Part shown: positions 35,127 through 45,090 of the stretch, in pieces
How the letters are laid out: every line of letters starts with the position of its first letter
Numbering within the stretch: position 1 is the first letter of the stretch
NCBI GenBank assembly: GCA_964360175.1
Contig: CAYHUI010000004.1
Location: 1 to 49,321, forward strand
Source: Candidatus Woesearchaeota archaeon
GTDB lineage: Archaea > Nanobdellota > Nanobdellia > SCGC-AAA011-G17 > CAYHUI01
Length of the DNA stretch: 49,321 nucleotides
Direction: 5' to 3'
The notes under the pieces: model-generated
What the model was told of the DNA's origin: nothing
Database searches by the model: none
Seen by the model: only the letters and a program-made list of their open reading frames with translations
Translations under genes and position numbers: made by a program

Positions 35127-37618
35127 ATTTTTTCTTTTAATTCTTTTAAAAACCTAGAAATAGTTTTAGTAATATTTTCTGGTTGGGTTTTTAATATATT
35201 TGCAGTTTCTTGTAAAATATCCCACTTAAAAATTTTTTTAGAATTTAGTTTAAAACTATGAATAGATTTTCCCTTTTTAACAACATCTTTCCACAAATTA
35301 AATAATTCTTCAGCTCTTCCAGGAATTTGATTAATATCACAATTTAATAGATCAGAAGCTTCTTTTAAAATTTCTTGTTCATAATTTAATTCTTCTTCAT
35401 ATTTTTTACCTGCAACATATTCTAATCTTACAATAGCATCTGAAATTTTAGTTGATTTTAATATTTTTATTTTTCCAACTTCGGATGTATTATCTAAATG
35501 AGTGCCCCCACAAGCTTCAACATCTGTATTTTTTATGTTAACAATTCTAATATTTTTTCCAGGAACTACACCACCCTGATAAATTAAAGTTCCATATTTC
35601 TTTTCAGCTTCATCTCTAGACATAAAACTTTTTTCTACTTTAATTTTTTTAGCTACAATTTTATTAGCTTCATCTTCTATTTTTTTAATTTCATCTTCAC
35701 TTAAACTTTGATAATGTGTTATATCTAATCTAGCTTTATTTACATCTTTAAACGCACTTGCTTGATTTACATGATTTCCTAAAACTTTTCTAGCAGCAGC
35801 ATTAATAATATGTGTTGTTGTATGATGTTGCATTAGTTGATATCTTCTATCCCAATTAATTTTTCCTTTTACTATTGAATTTTCTTTAAATTTAGGTTTG
35901 TCTTTTAGAACATGAACAATAATATTTCCTTGTTTAAAAACATCTGCAATTTCATTATCATTTAAATAACCGATATCATATAATTGACCACCAGAAGTTG
36001 GATAAAAACAAGTTTTATCTAATATAACGTTGTTGTCAATGATTTTAAGAACTTTTGCTGAAAAATCTTTTTGTTTTTCATTTTTATAAAAAAGTAATTC
36101 TGTCTCTTTAATATTTTTTAAATTTAATTTCTCTTGTTTTTCTGTAGCATATTTTTGTTCAACTTTTTCATGTAATTGAGCTACTTTAGCATAAAAGTTT
36201 TCAGGTATTTTAATATCACGATTAAATTTAATAGCTTCTTCTCTTATTATTTCCGGTGAAATTCCATGGCTATCATATAATTGAAGTAATTTATTTTCAT
36301 TAATATCTTCTTTAATTAATCTAGCTACAATCTCTACAGATTTTTGTTTTGTATTATCGTATTTAATTTTCTCAACATCTAAAATCTTTTTAACATTGTC
36401 TAAATTTTTACTTAATTCTGGAAATAAAGGTTTGAGATAAGAAGCATGCCAACTGCAAATTTCTGCTAAATCTAAATTCCAATTGTATTGATCAATGAAA
36501 CTTAAAGCTCTTCTTAAAATAACTCTTAAATTATAACCACTAGCTGTGTTGCTAGGCAAAGCACTATCATTTAATGCTACCAATAAAGATCTGCTATGTT
36601 CTGCTATCGAATAAAGAGCAGCTAATGGCAAAATTTTATTTTTTAATTCAGTTAAATTAATATTAATCTTTTTAGAAATTTCAGTCCAAGTTTTATCTAC
36701 ATCTTTTATTTCATCTATATTTAAATAAGAAGAATAAGGTAAAAATCTTTTCATCAAATCATTATCAATTTTAATTCCAGTTTTATTATATAGTTTATTC
36801 ATAACAGTTGGAAAAGTTGCATCATAACTTGTTTGATTTCCTTGAGTAAACCAAGCAGCTCTTTCTTGCCCTTGACCCATATCCAAAACTTTAATATTTA
36901 ATTCTTTAATGCTGTTATTTATTAGTTCATATTGCATATAAACCTGATTGCTAATTTCTAAACCTTGTGAAAAAAACTCTAATGAACTTCCTAAATTACC
37001 TCCTCCAAGCCAAGCATCTTCATGTATTTTTAAATATTCATTTTTAATTCCCATTCCTTTATTTAGCCAAGTTAAATGGTCTTTTAGATATTTATTAATA
37101 TTGTAATCTTTTGGTTTTACAAATGCATGTTCCCCCATCATAACAAATCCAGTAAAATGCGAAGAACTTAATCCAACATTATCTATATCTGAAAATCTTA
37201 AACAAAACTGAGGTATAACCAAGGGGTTTGCAGGAGGTTTAACTTCTCCACTTACAATATAAGGCTGAAAAGCTGCTATCGAAGCTATTGTAAAATCTGT
37301 TGTTGGATTCCACCTGCTAACTACGGGGTATCTCTTAATAGGTGTATAACCTAAATTTTTATGAATTCTAGAAAATTCCTTCCAGACATCAATATAGCTT
37401 AATTTTTTCTTTGAACCTTTGCCTATAAATCTAAAACCACCTGAACAAGAAGGCTCTCCACAAATTTTATCCTTATTTAAACTCCAGAAAAAATTTTTAC
37501 ATTTATTACATTGATTTCTGGTAAAATTTAATTCTTTTAAAGTTTTGACTGGATAATATTTTTCTGAATTTTTCTGTAACTCCTTTTTAAAATTTAATTT
37601 AATCTCTTTTTCATTCAT
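35123..37618 (-). CDS. alaS: Alanyl-tRNA synthetase (archaeal type)
   Basis: 831 aa with a class II catalytic core and editing domain motifs HHTTTHIINAA and ACGGTH. Confidence 0.9.
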   Translation of the reverse strand: MNEKEIKLNFKKELQKNSEKYYPVKTLKELNFTRNQCNKCKNFFWSLNKDKICGEPSCSGGFRFIGKGSKKKLSYIDVWKEFSRIHKNLGYTPIKRYPVVSRWNPTTDFTIASIAAFQPYIVSGEVKPPANPLVIPQFCLRFSDIDNVGLSSSHFTGFVMMGEHAFVKPKDYNINKYLKDHLTWLNKGMGIKNEYLKIHEDAWLGGGNLGSSLEFFSQGLEISNQVYMQYELINNSIKELNIKVLDMGQGQERAAWFTQGNQTSYDATFPTVMNKLYNKTGIKIDNDLMKRFLPYSSYLNIDEIKDVDKTWTEISKKININLTELKNKILPLAALYSIAEHSRSLLVALNDSALPSNTASGYNLRVILRRALSFIDQYNWNLDLAEICSWHASYLKPLFPELSKNLDNVKKILDVEKIKYDNTKQKSVEIVARLIKEDINENKLLQLYDSHGISPEIIREEAIKFNRDIKIPENFYAKVAQLHEKVEQKYATEKQEKLNLKNIKETELLFYKNEKQKDFSAKVLKIIDNNVILDKTCFYPTSGGQLYDIGYLNDNEIADVFKQGNIIVHVLKDKPKFKENSIVKGKINWDRRYQLMQHHTTTHIINAAARKVLGNHVNQASAFKDVNKARLDITHYQSLSEDEIKKIEDEANKIVAKKIKVEKSFMSRDEAEKKYGTLIYQGGVVPGKNIRIVNIKNTDVEACGGTHLDNTSEVGKIKILKSTKISDAIVRLEYVAGKKYEEELNYEQEILKEASDLLNCDINQIPGRAEELFNLWKDVVKKGKSIHSFKLNSKKIFKWDILQETANILKTQPENITKTISRFLKELKEKI

Positions 37619-37699
37619 AATAAACTAAAAAGAAATTTATTATATAAATCTTTTTATTAAAAGAAAAAATTTAAATAAAGCAAAAAGGTAAATAACAAC

Positions 37700-37924
37700 A
37701 TGAATTTAAATACAAAACTTTGGATTATAATTCTTATAACTTTAATCATAATAATAGCTATATTTGGTATAATAAAAAGCAAAATTATGGTAGAGCAAGA
37801 AATCGTGGGAAGTTTAAAAGGCTTCGAGTTTAGTGATGATACAATATGTGGTAAATGTGCTGAAGAAGGTGGAACTGGTTTATGCAGTTATACTTGTTGT
37901 TTTTTTGAGTTGATATGCTGGTAA
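37700..37924 (+). CDS. Small membrane-anchored Cys-rich peptide
   Basis: N-terminal TM (LWIIILITLIIIIAIFGII) and C-terminal CGKCAEEGGTGLCSYTCCFFELICW (7 Cys in 25 aa). Confidence 0.45.
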   Translation: MNLNTKLWIIILITLIIIIAIFGIIKSKIMVEQEIVGSLKGFEFSDDTICGKCAEEGGTGLCSYTCCFFELICW

Positions 37925-37929
37925 TTTAA

Positions 37930-40041
37930 ATGAAAAAAATTTTAATAATCTTTATAATGTTAATATTATCTACCATATTATTGAATGGAACTTCCGCTTT
38001 ATCTATTTCTATTATTACAGGAAGAGCTACTCAACAAAGAGAATGTACAACTAATAACGATTGTTTTTCAAAACCGGAATGTAGAGCAGCTACTTGTATT
38101 CAATGTCCTGGTTGCCCAGAACCAAATTATATAAATTTGTGTATCTGTACTAATAATATTTGTAAAGCTACTTTAGCAATAACTCCAACAACTTTAAATT
38201 GTGGTTGCGGTGATAATGTTTGTAATCCAGCTTATGAAAATAGTAATAGTTGCCCTCAAGATTGTCCAGTTTCACCAGCAATCATTGATAAAAAAAAAGC
38301 AGCACAAATTGATGACGTAGAAAAAATAACTTGTAGAGATGGAACCCCTTATAACAGATGTTCTAATATAAAACCAAGTTTTTGTAAAGATGGAAATTTA
38401 ATAGATAATTGTGAGCTTTGTGGTTGTAATGAAGGTAATTTATGCCAAAATAAAAAATGTGTTCCAGACGCACCTGAAATCAATAATAAACCTATTTTAA
38501 CCAAATTACCAGATATAATTTTAAATGAAGATCAAAATAATCTAAATAATATATTAAATTTAAATGATTATGCGATAGATTATGATAATGATGTATTAAC
38601 CTTTTCTTTTAACAATAATATAAATTTTAATTCCGACATAATTGATTGTAACATTGATAATAATTTTATTAATTGTAATACCCCTAAAGGGATAGGAGAA
38701 ACTAGTGTAACTATATTGGTAAGCGATAATATAGAAAGTGTAACTGGAAATTTAAAATTTACTGTAAATGCTAAAGTTATTAAAAATACAGCTCCAATCG
38801 CTGTTGCCGGTGAGGATTTAATCATTAATCCTAATCAAGAAATAATTTTAGATGCTTCAAATAGTTATGATTTAGAGAATAATATACCAAATACAAAATT
38901 TGCATACAATGAGATACCAACTTTTTTATGGTATGAAATTATTAATAAAGAATTAAAATTAATTGGAGAAGAAGAAAAAATAAAAGTAAGTTTTCAGTCA
39001 GGGGTACATGAAATTTTATTAAAAGTAACTGATACATCAGGTATAACCGGAGAAGATACTTTAAAAATAATTGTTACAGAAAGAGATAATTGTAAATCAA
39101 CTGCTGCAAAGTATTATCCTAAAGACACTATTTGTAATGAAGCATGGCCTACCAAAGAAGGCGTTGAAATAGATATCAACAATAAAGCTGATAGTTGCGA
39201 AATATTTGAAGTTTGCAGTTCAGAAATAGATCATGTAGTAGAGGATGCTATTAATTGTTGTGATGGAACCCCTTTACAAGATCCAAATAAATTTAAAGCT
39301 TGTAGTTTTGCTAATGAATTTTCAGATAATAATCTAAAATGTCAAGCTCTTTATTTAATACAAAGTTTTGGTAATGAAGCAATTTATATGCAAGGTTGGT
39401 TTGAAACTGAAATGTGTTGCAGTGCAGTTAAAGGACTTTGTTCAAGACAAGAATATTTCTTTAGAGCCGAACCTCCTTTAAAGAATAAACCAAACATAGG
39501 ATCTTCTCAGTTAACTTTACTAACAGGATTAAATTGCGAATATGATTACAAAAAAGATATTTTTAGCAGAGCTATAAGTTCTATTACAACCAAACCGATA
39601 AGAAAACCTTTAATTGGCTGGTGGAAATCTGATGGAGATGTAGCTGAAAATAATATTGCATTGTTTGACGCTCCTGCACACGTTTCAATTAATAAACTTA
39701 AAACCGGAACATGTGTTGATTATTCTAGTGCTTTAACTACTGTTTTAAGAAAAGCCAGTTATAAAAAAGATGAGGTATTTACAGTAGCTTATAGAGATCA
39801 TGCAGCTAATTTAATTAAATTTAAAGGCGATGATAAATTCACTATTGTAGACACTACTGGAAATAATTACGGGATATCTATAAATAATGTACCAAAAGGT
39901 TATGATTATTGTGGTAAAAATAAAAGATGCTATAATGATAACGGCGAAGTAACTTGTCCGAGTTTATCTGAAATATTTGGATGTGAAAATAGTATAAATG
40001 TAAAAGAAAAATTTAATGAGGTAAGGGGTAGATTATTATGA
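37930..40041 (+). CDS. Large secreted Cys-rich protein with PKD-like domain and C-terminal transglutaminase-like cysteine protease core
   Basis: Signal peptide; Cys-rich modules (NCGCGDNVCNPAYENSNSCPQDCP); PKD-like APIAVAGEDLIINPNQEIILDASNSYD; Cys-His-Asp core GTCVDYSSALTTVLRKA ... DHAANLI ... VDTTGN. Confidence 0.65.
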   Translation: MKKILIIFIMLILSTILLNGTSALSISIITGRATQQRECTTNNDCFSKPECRAATCIQCPGCPEPNYINLCICTNNICKATLAITPTTLNCGCGDNVCNPAYENSNSCPQDCPVSPAIIDKKKAAQIDDVEKITCRDGTPYNRCSNIKPSFCKDGNLIDNCELCGCNEGNLCQNKKCVPDAPEINNKPILTKLPDIILNEDQNNLNNILNLNDYAIDYDNDVLTFSFNNNINFNSDIIDCNIDNNFINCNTPKGIGETSVTILVSDNIESVTGNLKFTVNAKVIKNTAPIAVAGEDLIINPNQEIILDASNSYDLENNIPNTKFAYNEIPTFLWYEIINKELKLIGEEEKIKVSFQSGVHEILLKVTDTSGITGEDTLKIIVTERDNCKSTAAKYYPKDTICNEAWPTKEGVEIDINNKADSCEIFEVCSSEIDHVVEDAINCCDGTPLQDPNKFKACSFANEFSDNNLKCQALYLIQSFGNEAIYMQGWFETEMCCSAVKGLCSRQEYFFRAEPPLKNKPNIGSSQLTLLTGLNCEYDYKKDIFSRAISSITTKPIRKPLIGWWKSDGDVAENNIALFDAPAHVSINKLKTGTCVDYSSALTTVLRKASYKKDEVFTVAYRDHAANLIKFKGDDKFTIVDTTGNNYGISINNVPKGYDYCGKNKRCYNDNGEVTCPSLSEIFGCENSINVKEKFNEVRGRLL

Positions 40042-40625
40042 AAAAATATTTTTTAATAATTTTATTATTTTTGATTAATATAGATTTAATATATGCAGCT
40101 GAACCTAAAATAATAAAAGAAGCTAATGATGTCATAATAGGAAATAACTTAGAAATTAGAATAAGTATATTCAATGATAATAATATAGAAAAAGAATTTT
40201 ATGTAGAAGAACAAGTGCAACAAGATGCTGTATTTATAAATCCAGAAAAACCTACTGAAATAAGGTCATTTGACAGTTTAAAAACTTCTTTTATAACTTG
40301 GCAAATTAAAGTACCTCCTCAACAAGTTTATATTTTAAGCTACATAATAAAACCAACTGTAATTGGAATTTACTATAGCAAACCAACAAGAGTAACTGAA
40401 ATTTCAACTGATATAACTTACTTAAGCAGCGCTTTACAAGTAATGGTTAGCTGTAATAAAAATAATATATGTGAAGAAAATGAAAATAATTTAAATTGTC
40501 CAGAGGATTGTAAAGATGCAGAAAAAATGCTAGAAAAAGAAAATTTTAATTTACTTTATATACTAATACCATTAATTATCATATTTTTAATACTATTATT
40601 TTTTATATTAAGAAAAAGAAGATAG
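40038..40625 (+). CDS. Secreted protein with C-terminal TM anchor and RKRR tail
   Basis: Signal peptide, the module CNKNNICEENENNLNCPEDC shared with the upstream gene, and a C-terminal LLYILIPLIIIFLILLFFILRKRR. Confidence 0.6.
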   Translation: MKKYFLIILLFLINIDLIYAAEPKIIKEANDVIIGNNLEIRISIFNDNNIEKEFYVEEQVQQDAVFINPEKPTEIRSFDSLKTSFITWQIKVPPQQVYILSYIIKPTVIGIYYSKPTRVTEISTDITYLSSALQVMVSCNKNNICEENENNLNCPEDCKDAEKMLEKENFNLLYILIPLIIIFLILLFFILRKRR

Positions 40626-40680
40626 AAAACTTTATATACAATATAAATTAATATAACTAAAGATTAAAAGAGGTGATATC

Positions 40681-40845
40681 ATGAAAGATATGATGTGTCC
40701 AACATGGGTTGGTGTTGTTGTATTATTAATAGGTCTATTGATGTTAGGGCAAGACTTAGCATGGTGGAGTTTCTGGAAAATTGGAGCCTGGACAGCAGTA
40801 TTCGTATTAATAGGATTATGTGTCGTTTTTGGTAAAAAGAAATAA
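40681..40845 (+). CDS. 54-aa two-TM membrane protein
   Basis: Not in the ORF track. SD agaggtga 7 nt upstream. MKDMMCPTWVGVVVLLIGLLMLGQDLAWWSFWKIGAWTAVFVLIGLCVVFGKKK. More plausible than the antisense 115-aa low-complexity ORF. Confidence 0.5.
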   Translation: MKDMMCPTWVGVVVLLIGLLMLGQDLAWWSFWKIGAWTAVFVLIGLCVVFGKKK

Positions 40846-40931
40846 TTTTTTCTTTTCTTTTTTTTATTAAATTGATTAATTAGGAATCTGTAAAAGATAA
40901 TTTTATAAATTAATTTATATATCATATTAAC

Positions 40932-41249
40932 ATGCAAGGAAGAATTGAGTATAAAGGATATGATTTGAAAATGAATCATCTAACTGTTAGGATATATAAT
41001 AAAAATTTTAACAGAGATTTTATGATGTATACGCTAAATCTTTCTGATCATCCTGAAAAAATGTTTGAAGATTTTATAAATTTTATGAAGGATTTTGCAG
41101 ATGTTAGGAAAATAGATAAAGAAAAAATTACATCTTTTTTTAGAGTTCTTAAGGAAAAGATTGATAAATTAGAAAAAATAAAAGATCCTGTTGAATTTAT
41201 AGAAAAGAAGCAAGAAATGGCTCGATTGCCACGTTCAACAGAATTTTAA
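40932..41249 (+). CDS. Hypothetical protein
   Basis: ORF only; the start is uncertain. Confidence 0.35.
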   Translation: MQGRIEYKGYDLKMNHLTVRIYNKNFNRDFMMYTLNLSDHPEKMFEDFINFMKDFADVRKIDKEKITSFFRVLKEKIDKLEKIKDPVEFIEKKQEMARLPRSTEF

Positions 41250-41257
41250 TTAATTTT

Positions 41258-41614
41258 TTATAAACTTTGTAATTTTCTTCTTATATCATCTATATCTCTA
41301 TCTATCCTTCTAACTTGATGTTTTAATTCTGTTTTAATCTTTCCCTTATCTTTTAATTTTACTTTTTTTATTCCTTTTATTTTAACCTCTTCTAAATCTG
41401 GAAGTTCACTTTTTAATTTATTAAATAAAATTTTCAAAGATCTTGTAATAGTGTTTAATTCTTTTATTTTTTTAAGTTCATCTTGTCTTAAACTTTTATA
41501 GTCCTCTTGGTATTTTATAATACTAGCAGTATCAATAGCAGAAGTAAGCATTACCTTTCTAACATCATTAGGCTGTCCAATTTTGACATAAACAGATTTT
41601 TCTTCTTTTTTCAT
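41258..41614 (-). CDS. Hypothetical coiled-coil protein
   Basis: 118-aa ORF immediately downstream of 41615..42139 and contiguous with it. Confidence 0.4.
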   Translation of the reverse strand: MKKEEKSVYVKIGQPNDVRKVMLTSAIDTASIIKYQEDYKSLRQDELKKIKELNTITRSLKILFNKLKSELPDLEEVKIKGIKKVKLKDKGKIKTELKHQVRRIDRDIDDIRRKLQSL

Positions 41615-42139
41615 TTATATTTCAAATAAATTTTTATCTATCTTAAGTAAATTTTCCTTTATTTTTTCAATATCTTCTTTCCATTCTTGTAATGTTTTAT
41701 CTTCATCATCTCTAAGCATAATCAGCTCATCTAATTTTCCAGTAGCTTCTTTTAATTTTAATCTTATCTTATCTAAAATTTCTATTGCTTCTTTGTAATT
41801 ATCGACTTTAATAAATAAAGGTTTTTCAGAAACAGATGTAACTTGATGAGTAACTTCTGTCTCTTCAGCTCCATAATCAAATTCATGAGTATCTGTTTTT
41901 AGTGGTTCTTTATATCTTGCAACTTTAGAATCTCTTTTTGGAATTTTTATCTCTCCTAAAGATTCTTCTGAATAGCTAACAGGTTCAATAATTGGTTCTT
42001 CATAAGTTGGAAATTCCGGAGATTCTAATCTCGGTGATTCTAATATAGGTAAACGTTCTTCATCATAAAACGAAGGCTTGCTAGGAAATGTCCTAATAGG
42101 CTCTTTCTTTTTTTTCTTACCTAAACCAAATAATGCCAT
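41615..42139 (-). CDS. Hypothetical protein with MALFGLGKKKKK N-terminus and C-terminal helical domain
   Basis: 174-aa ORF. Its C-terminal half resembles the downstream 118-aa protein in pattern (V.IK..NY/DV ... coiled coil). Confidence 0.4.
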   Translation of the reverse strand: MALFGLGKKKKKEPIRTFPSKPSFYDEERLPILESPRLESPEFPTYEEPIIEPVSYSEESLGEIKIPKRDSKVARYKEPLKTDTHEFDYGAEETEVTHQVTSVSEKPLFIKVDNYKEAIEILDKIRLKLKEATGKLDELIMLRDDEDKTLQEWKEDIEKIKENLLKIDKNLFEI

Positions 42140-42297
42140 ATTATCCCCCTTTATATTTAAAAATAGATTTTAATATCTTATTAAAACTTTTCTCATTATC
42201 TTGTTGTAGTGACTAATATAAAATTTCTGAAAATCAAAAAGTATTTAAACATCGACTTTAAAAATATATAGGATACGCTAAAATTTTTTAAATTAGA

Positions 42298-42930
42298 ATG
42301 CTTAAGCGATCCAAAAAATTCAAATTAGTTAAAAAGCTCAGACCCAAGCTAGTAAAAAAGAGAAAAATACAAAAAATCCAGAGATTACAGAAAACAAAAA
42401 AATTACAAAAACAAAGAAAACCAAAAGAAATTAAGAAAATAGAGTTTGATCATGGATTTATTAGAAAAATTGCTGGGGAAGAGGCAATTAAAATAGTTGA
42501 ATTTCTAGGTATTAAGAAAAATGTTTCAGAGTTCGTATTGGCTGAGAAATTAAATTTAACTATAAACCAAATTAGGAATATCCTTTATAAACTTCAAAAT
42601 AATAATTTAGTCAGTTCTACTAGAAAAAAAGATAAAATCAAGGGTTGGTATATCTACTATTGGACTTTTAATTTTCCGATTTTAGGAGAATTAGCATTTA
42701 ATATTAAAAGACAAAAATTAATGCAACTTAAAAATCAATTAAGTGACTCTGCTGTTTCACAACTTTATATTTGTAAAAATAAATGCATCCTATTAAAATT
42801 TAAAGAATCTTTGGAATACGAATTTAGATGTCCTGAATGTGATCTGTTGTTAGAAGAAAAAGATAGTAAAAAAGAATTAGAAGAAATCAAAAAAGAAGTT
42901 GAAATTCTAGAAAAAGAATTAAAACAATAA
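42298..42930 (+). CDS. tfe: Transcription factor E (TFE alpha) with ~50-aa Lys-rich N-terminal extension
   Basis: Winged helix (VLAEKLNLTINQIRNILYKLQNNNLVSS...KGWYIYYWTFN) plus zinc ribbon (CKNKC...CPECD). Confidence 0.75.
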   Translation: MLKRSKKFKLVKKLRPKLVKKRKIQKIQRLQKTKKLQKQRKPKEIKKIEFDHGFIRKIAGEEAIKIVEFLGIKKNVSEFVLAEKLNLTINQIRNILYKLQNNNLVSSTRKKDKIKGWYIYYWTFNFPILGELAFNIKRQKLMQLKNQLSDSAVSQLYICKNKCILLKFKESLEYEFRCPECDLLLEEKDSKKELEEIKKEVEILEKELKQ

Positions 42931-43482
42931 CTTAAACAAACCAAACCAAACTTTTGATCCATCTAATGGGGGTATTGGTAACATGTTAAATATAAATAAC
43001 CACATATTGATTATAACTGAGAAATGTAAAGCAATTGCAGTATTTCTTTTTAATTTTCTTGTTTTAAGTATAAATAAGGAAACTAACCATAAAATTAAAT
43101 TTATAAAAGGACCTGCAAAAGATATTAAAATATTTTGTAATTCATTTGCACCTTGGGATATCAAAACATAACCGGGAGCTACTATCAAAAATGGACTGTT
43201 AATGAATCTAAGGAGTATCCCTAATAATAAACCGAATGGAAATAAATTAAATGAAGCATCTAAACCAAACCCTATTGCTATAAATTTATGAGCTAGTTCA
43301 TGTAAAACTACAGCAGGAGCAGCAATTAAACTTGCAAATTTAATATCCTCTAAATTAAATCTGCTTCTTATATACAAATCATATAATCTTTTTGGCTTTC
43401 TAACAAAACCAGAGAAAATATAACCTATTACTATTATTAAGATTACTAAGTTTATTATCTCGATAAAAGTTATTAACGGCAT
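42919..43482 (-). CDS. M50/site-2-protease-like membrane metallopeptidase
   Basis: VLHELAHKF (HExxH) and NMLPIPPLDGSKV motifs in a polytopic 187-aa protein. Confidence 0.7.
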   Translation of the reverse strand: MPLITFIEIINLVILIIVIGYIFSGFVRKPKRLYDLYIRSRFNLEDIKFASLIAAPAVVLHELAHKFIAIGFGLDASFNLFPFGLLLGILLRFINSPFLIVAPGYVLISQGANELQNILISFAGPFINLILWLVSLFILKTRKLKRNTAIALHFSVIINMWLFIFNMLPIPPLDGSKVWFGLFKLLF

Positions 43483-43546
43483 TTATCTAATTGATTTTAT
43501 ATAGTTTAAAATACTTTCTGTTAAAATAAGATTAGTATAAAATAAT

Positions 43547-43741
43547 TTAACCTTTAAAATCAATAAATCCAAGCAATATAAATACTAATCCAATCCCTAT
43601 TACACCGAGTACAATTCCACCTTGTATCAAATCTATTGTTGCTTGTCCCCATCCTTTAAATGTCACTGTCCCCCATATTGATACTAATACTAATATCAAA
43701 CCAACAAAAACTTTAAGTAAACTTGCTATTGTATTTACCAT
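43547..43741 (-). CDS. Small two-TM membrane protein
   Basis: 64-aa hydrophobic ORF. Confidence 0.4.
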   Translation of the reverse strand: MVNTIASLLKVFVGLILVLVSIWGTVTFKGWGQATIDLIQGGIVLGVIGIGLVFILLGFIDFKG

Positions 43742-43861
43742 TTTTGAATAACCCCCATAATTTTCTATTTTATAATGAATAATAACTTATATAAATAACT
43801 TTTGAAATTACTTTATATATCTTTAGTTTATGTAAAAATAAAAAGTTTTATAAATGTTATC

Positions 43862-44986
43862 ATGGAACATCAATTTCATCTTTTAAATTTCACATTAAAC
43901 AGGGAATTATCAGAAATTTATTTATCTATTATTATCAGAACATTAGCTCTTTCTATGGTTGGTATTTTCATTCCTTTGTATTTATTAATAGAAATTGGAT
44001 TTCCTTTAAAAATTGTTTTATTATATTTTATAGTTGAATATATTTTTACAACATTGTTTTTTCCATTCACAGCTAAAATTTCTTCAAAGATTGGATTTAA
44101 ACATTCTATATTATTAAGCATACCTATATTGATGATAAGCATTGCTTTATTCTATTTTTTAAAGAATTACAATCATATTTGGTTTTTAAGTGTTATAGCT
44201 ATAGTAATTGCATTTGGTCAAGCATTATTCTGGTTAGCTTTTCACGAAGATTTTGCAAAATTTAGTGATAAAAAACACAGAGGTGAAGAAGTTAGTATAT
44301 GGTTCTCTTCTTCTGTTTTAATTAGTTTAATAGGACCTTTCTTAGGTAGTTTAATCATTATTAGTTTAGGTTTTAATATTTTATTTATTATAGTAAGTAT
44401 CCTCATGTTGGGATCTGCCATTCCATTATTCTTTTCCGGGGAGGTTTATGAACCATATAAATTTTCTTTTAAGCATGTTTTTAATAAATCTCATTTTAAA
44501 GATATGTTAGCATTTATTGGTTTTGGTGCTAGAAACAGCGGTATAAATGTTATATGGCCGATCTTCATTTTTTTAATTTTAAATCAATATCTCTCAATAG
44601 GATTAGTATTTTCTGTTGCCGGATTTTTTGTAGCAATTTTTACTTTTTTAAGTGGTAAGCTAGCTGATTTAGTTAATAAAATGATATTAATAAGGATAAG
44701 TTCAATTATAGAATTAGTAATTTGGATATTTAAAGCATTCGTTACAAATTTCTGGCAGATTTTTATTTTAACTATACTTGGGAGTATATTTTTTAGGACA
44801 ACAGATGTACCTTTTACTGCTAGAACTTATGACAAAGCAAATAAAGGTAATAGAGTAGAGTATCTTATTTTTAGAGAGTCTAGTATAAACATTGGAAGAA
44901 TTTTAGTTTTACTTATAGCTATGATAAGTTTAAAGATTGGTATTTTAAGTACAGCATTAGGTATTTTGTTGCATATTTTCTTTTAA
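43862..44986 (+). CDS. MFS-like transporter
   Basis: About 10-12 predicted TM segments. The ATG at 43862 is preferred over the listed TTG at 43802. Confidence 0.5.
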   Translation: MEHQFHLLNFTLNRELSEIYLSIIIRTLALSMVGIFIPLYLLIEIGFPLKIVLLYFIVEYIFTTLFFPFTAKISSKIGFKHSILLSIPILMISIALFYFLKNYNHIWFLSVIAIVIAFGQALFWLAFHEDFAKFSDKKHRGEEVSIWFSSSVLISLIGPFLGSLIIISLGFNILFIIVSILMLGSAIPLFFSGEVYEPYKFSFKHVFNKSHFKDMLAFIGFGARNSGINVIWPIFIFLILNQYLSIGLVFSVAGFFVAIFTFLSGKLADLVNKMILIRISSIIELVIWIFKAFVTNFWQIFILTILGSIFFRTTDVPFTARTYDKANKGNRVEYLIFRESSINIGRILVLLIAMISLKIGILSTALGILLHIFF

Positions 44987-44999
44987 TAATCTCTTTTAG

Positions 45000-45090
45000 T
45001 TCTCTATTAACTTATCGGTTGGTGATTGAACCAAAAAATTTAATTAAGATAATTTTAAAGCCTAGCAAGAACCTTTAAGTTAACAGAGAA
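45000..45090. mobile_element. MITE-like 91-bp element: 12-bp terminal inverted repeats flanked by a 9-bp direct repeat
   Basis: ttctctattaac (45000-45011) versus gttaacagagaa (45079-45090) is an 11/12 inverted match. ctcttttag occurs immediately outside both ends (44991-44999 and 45091-45099). Confidence 0.4.

Noticed and set aside
40632-40979. 115-aa minus-strand ORF
   Set aside because: It is a low-complexity sequence with no SD or recognisable motif. A + strand 54-aa two-TM ORF (40681-40845) with a strong SD explains the region better.
45000-45090. C/D box sRNA interpretation of the inverted-repeat-flanked element
   Set aside because: gtgattga is only an imperfect C box, and there is no CUGA D box near the 3' end. 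The TSD-TIR geometry fits a MITE-like element better.
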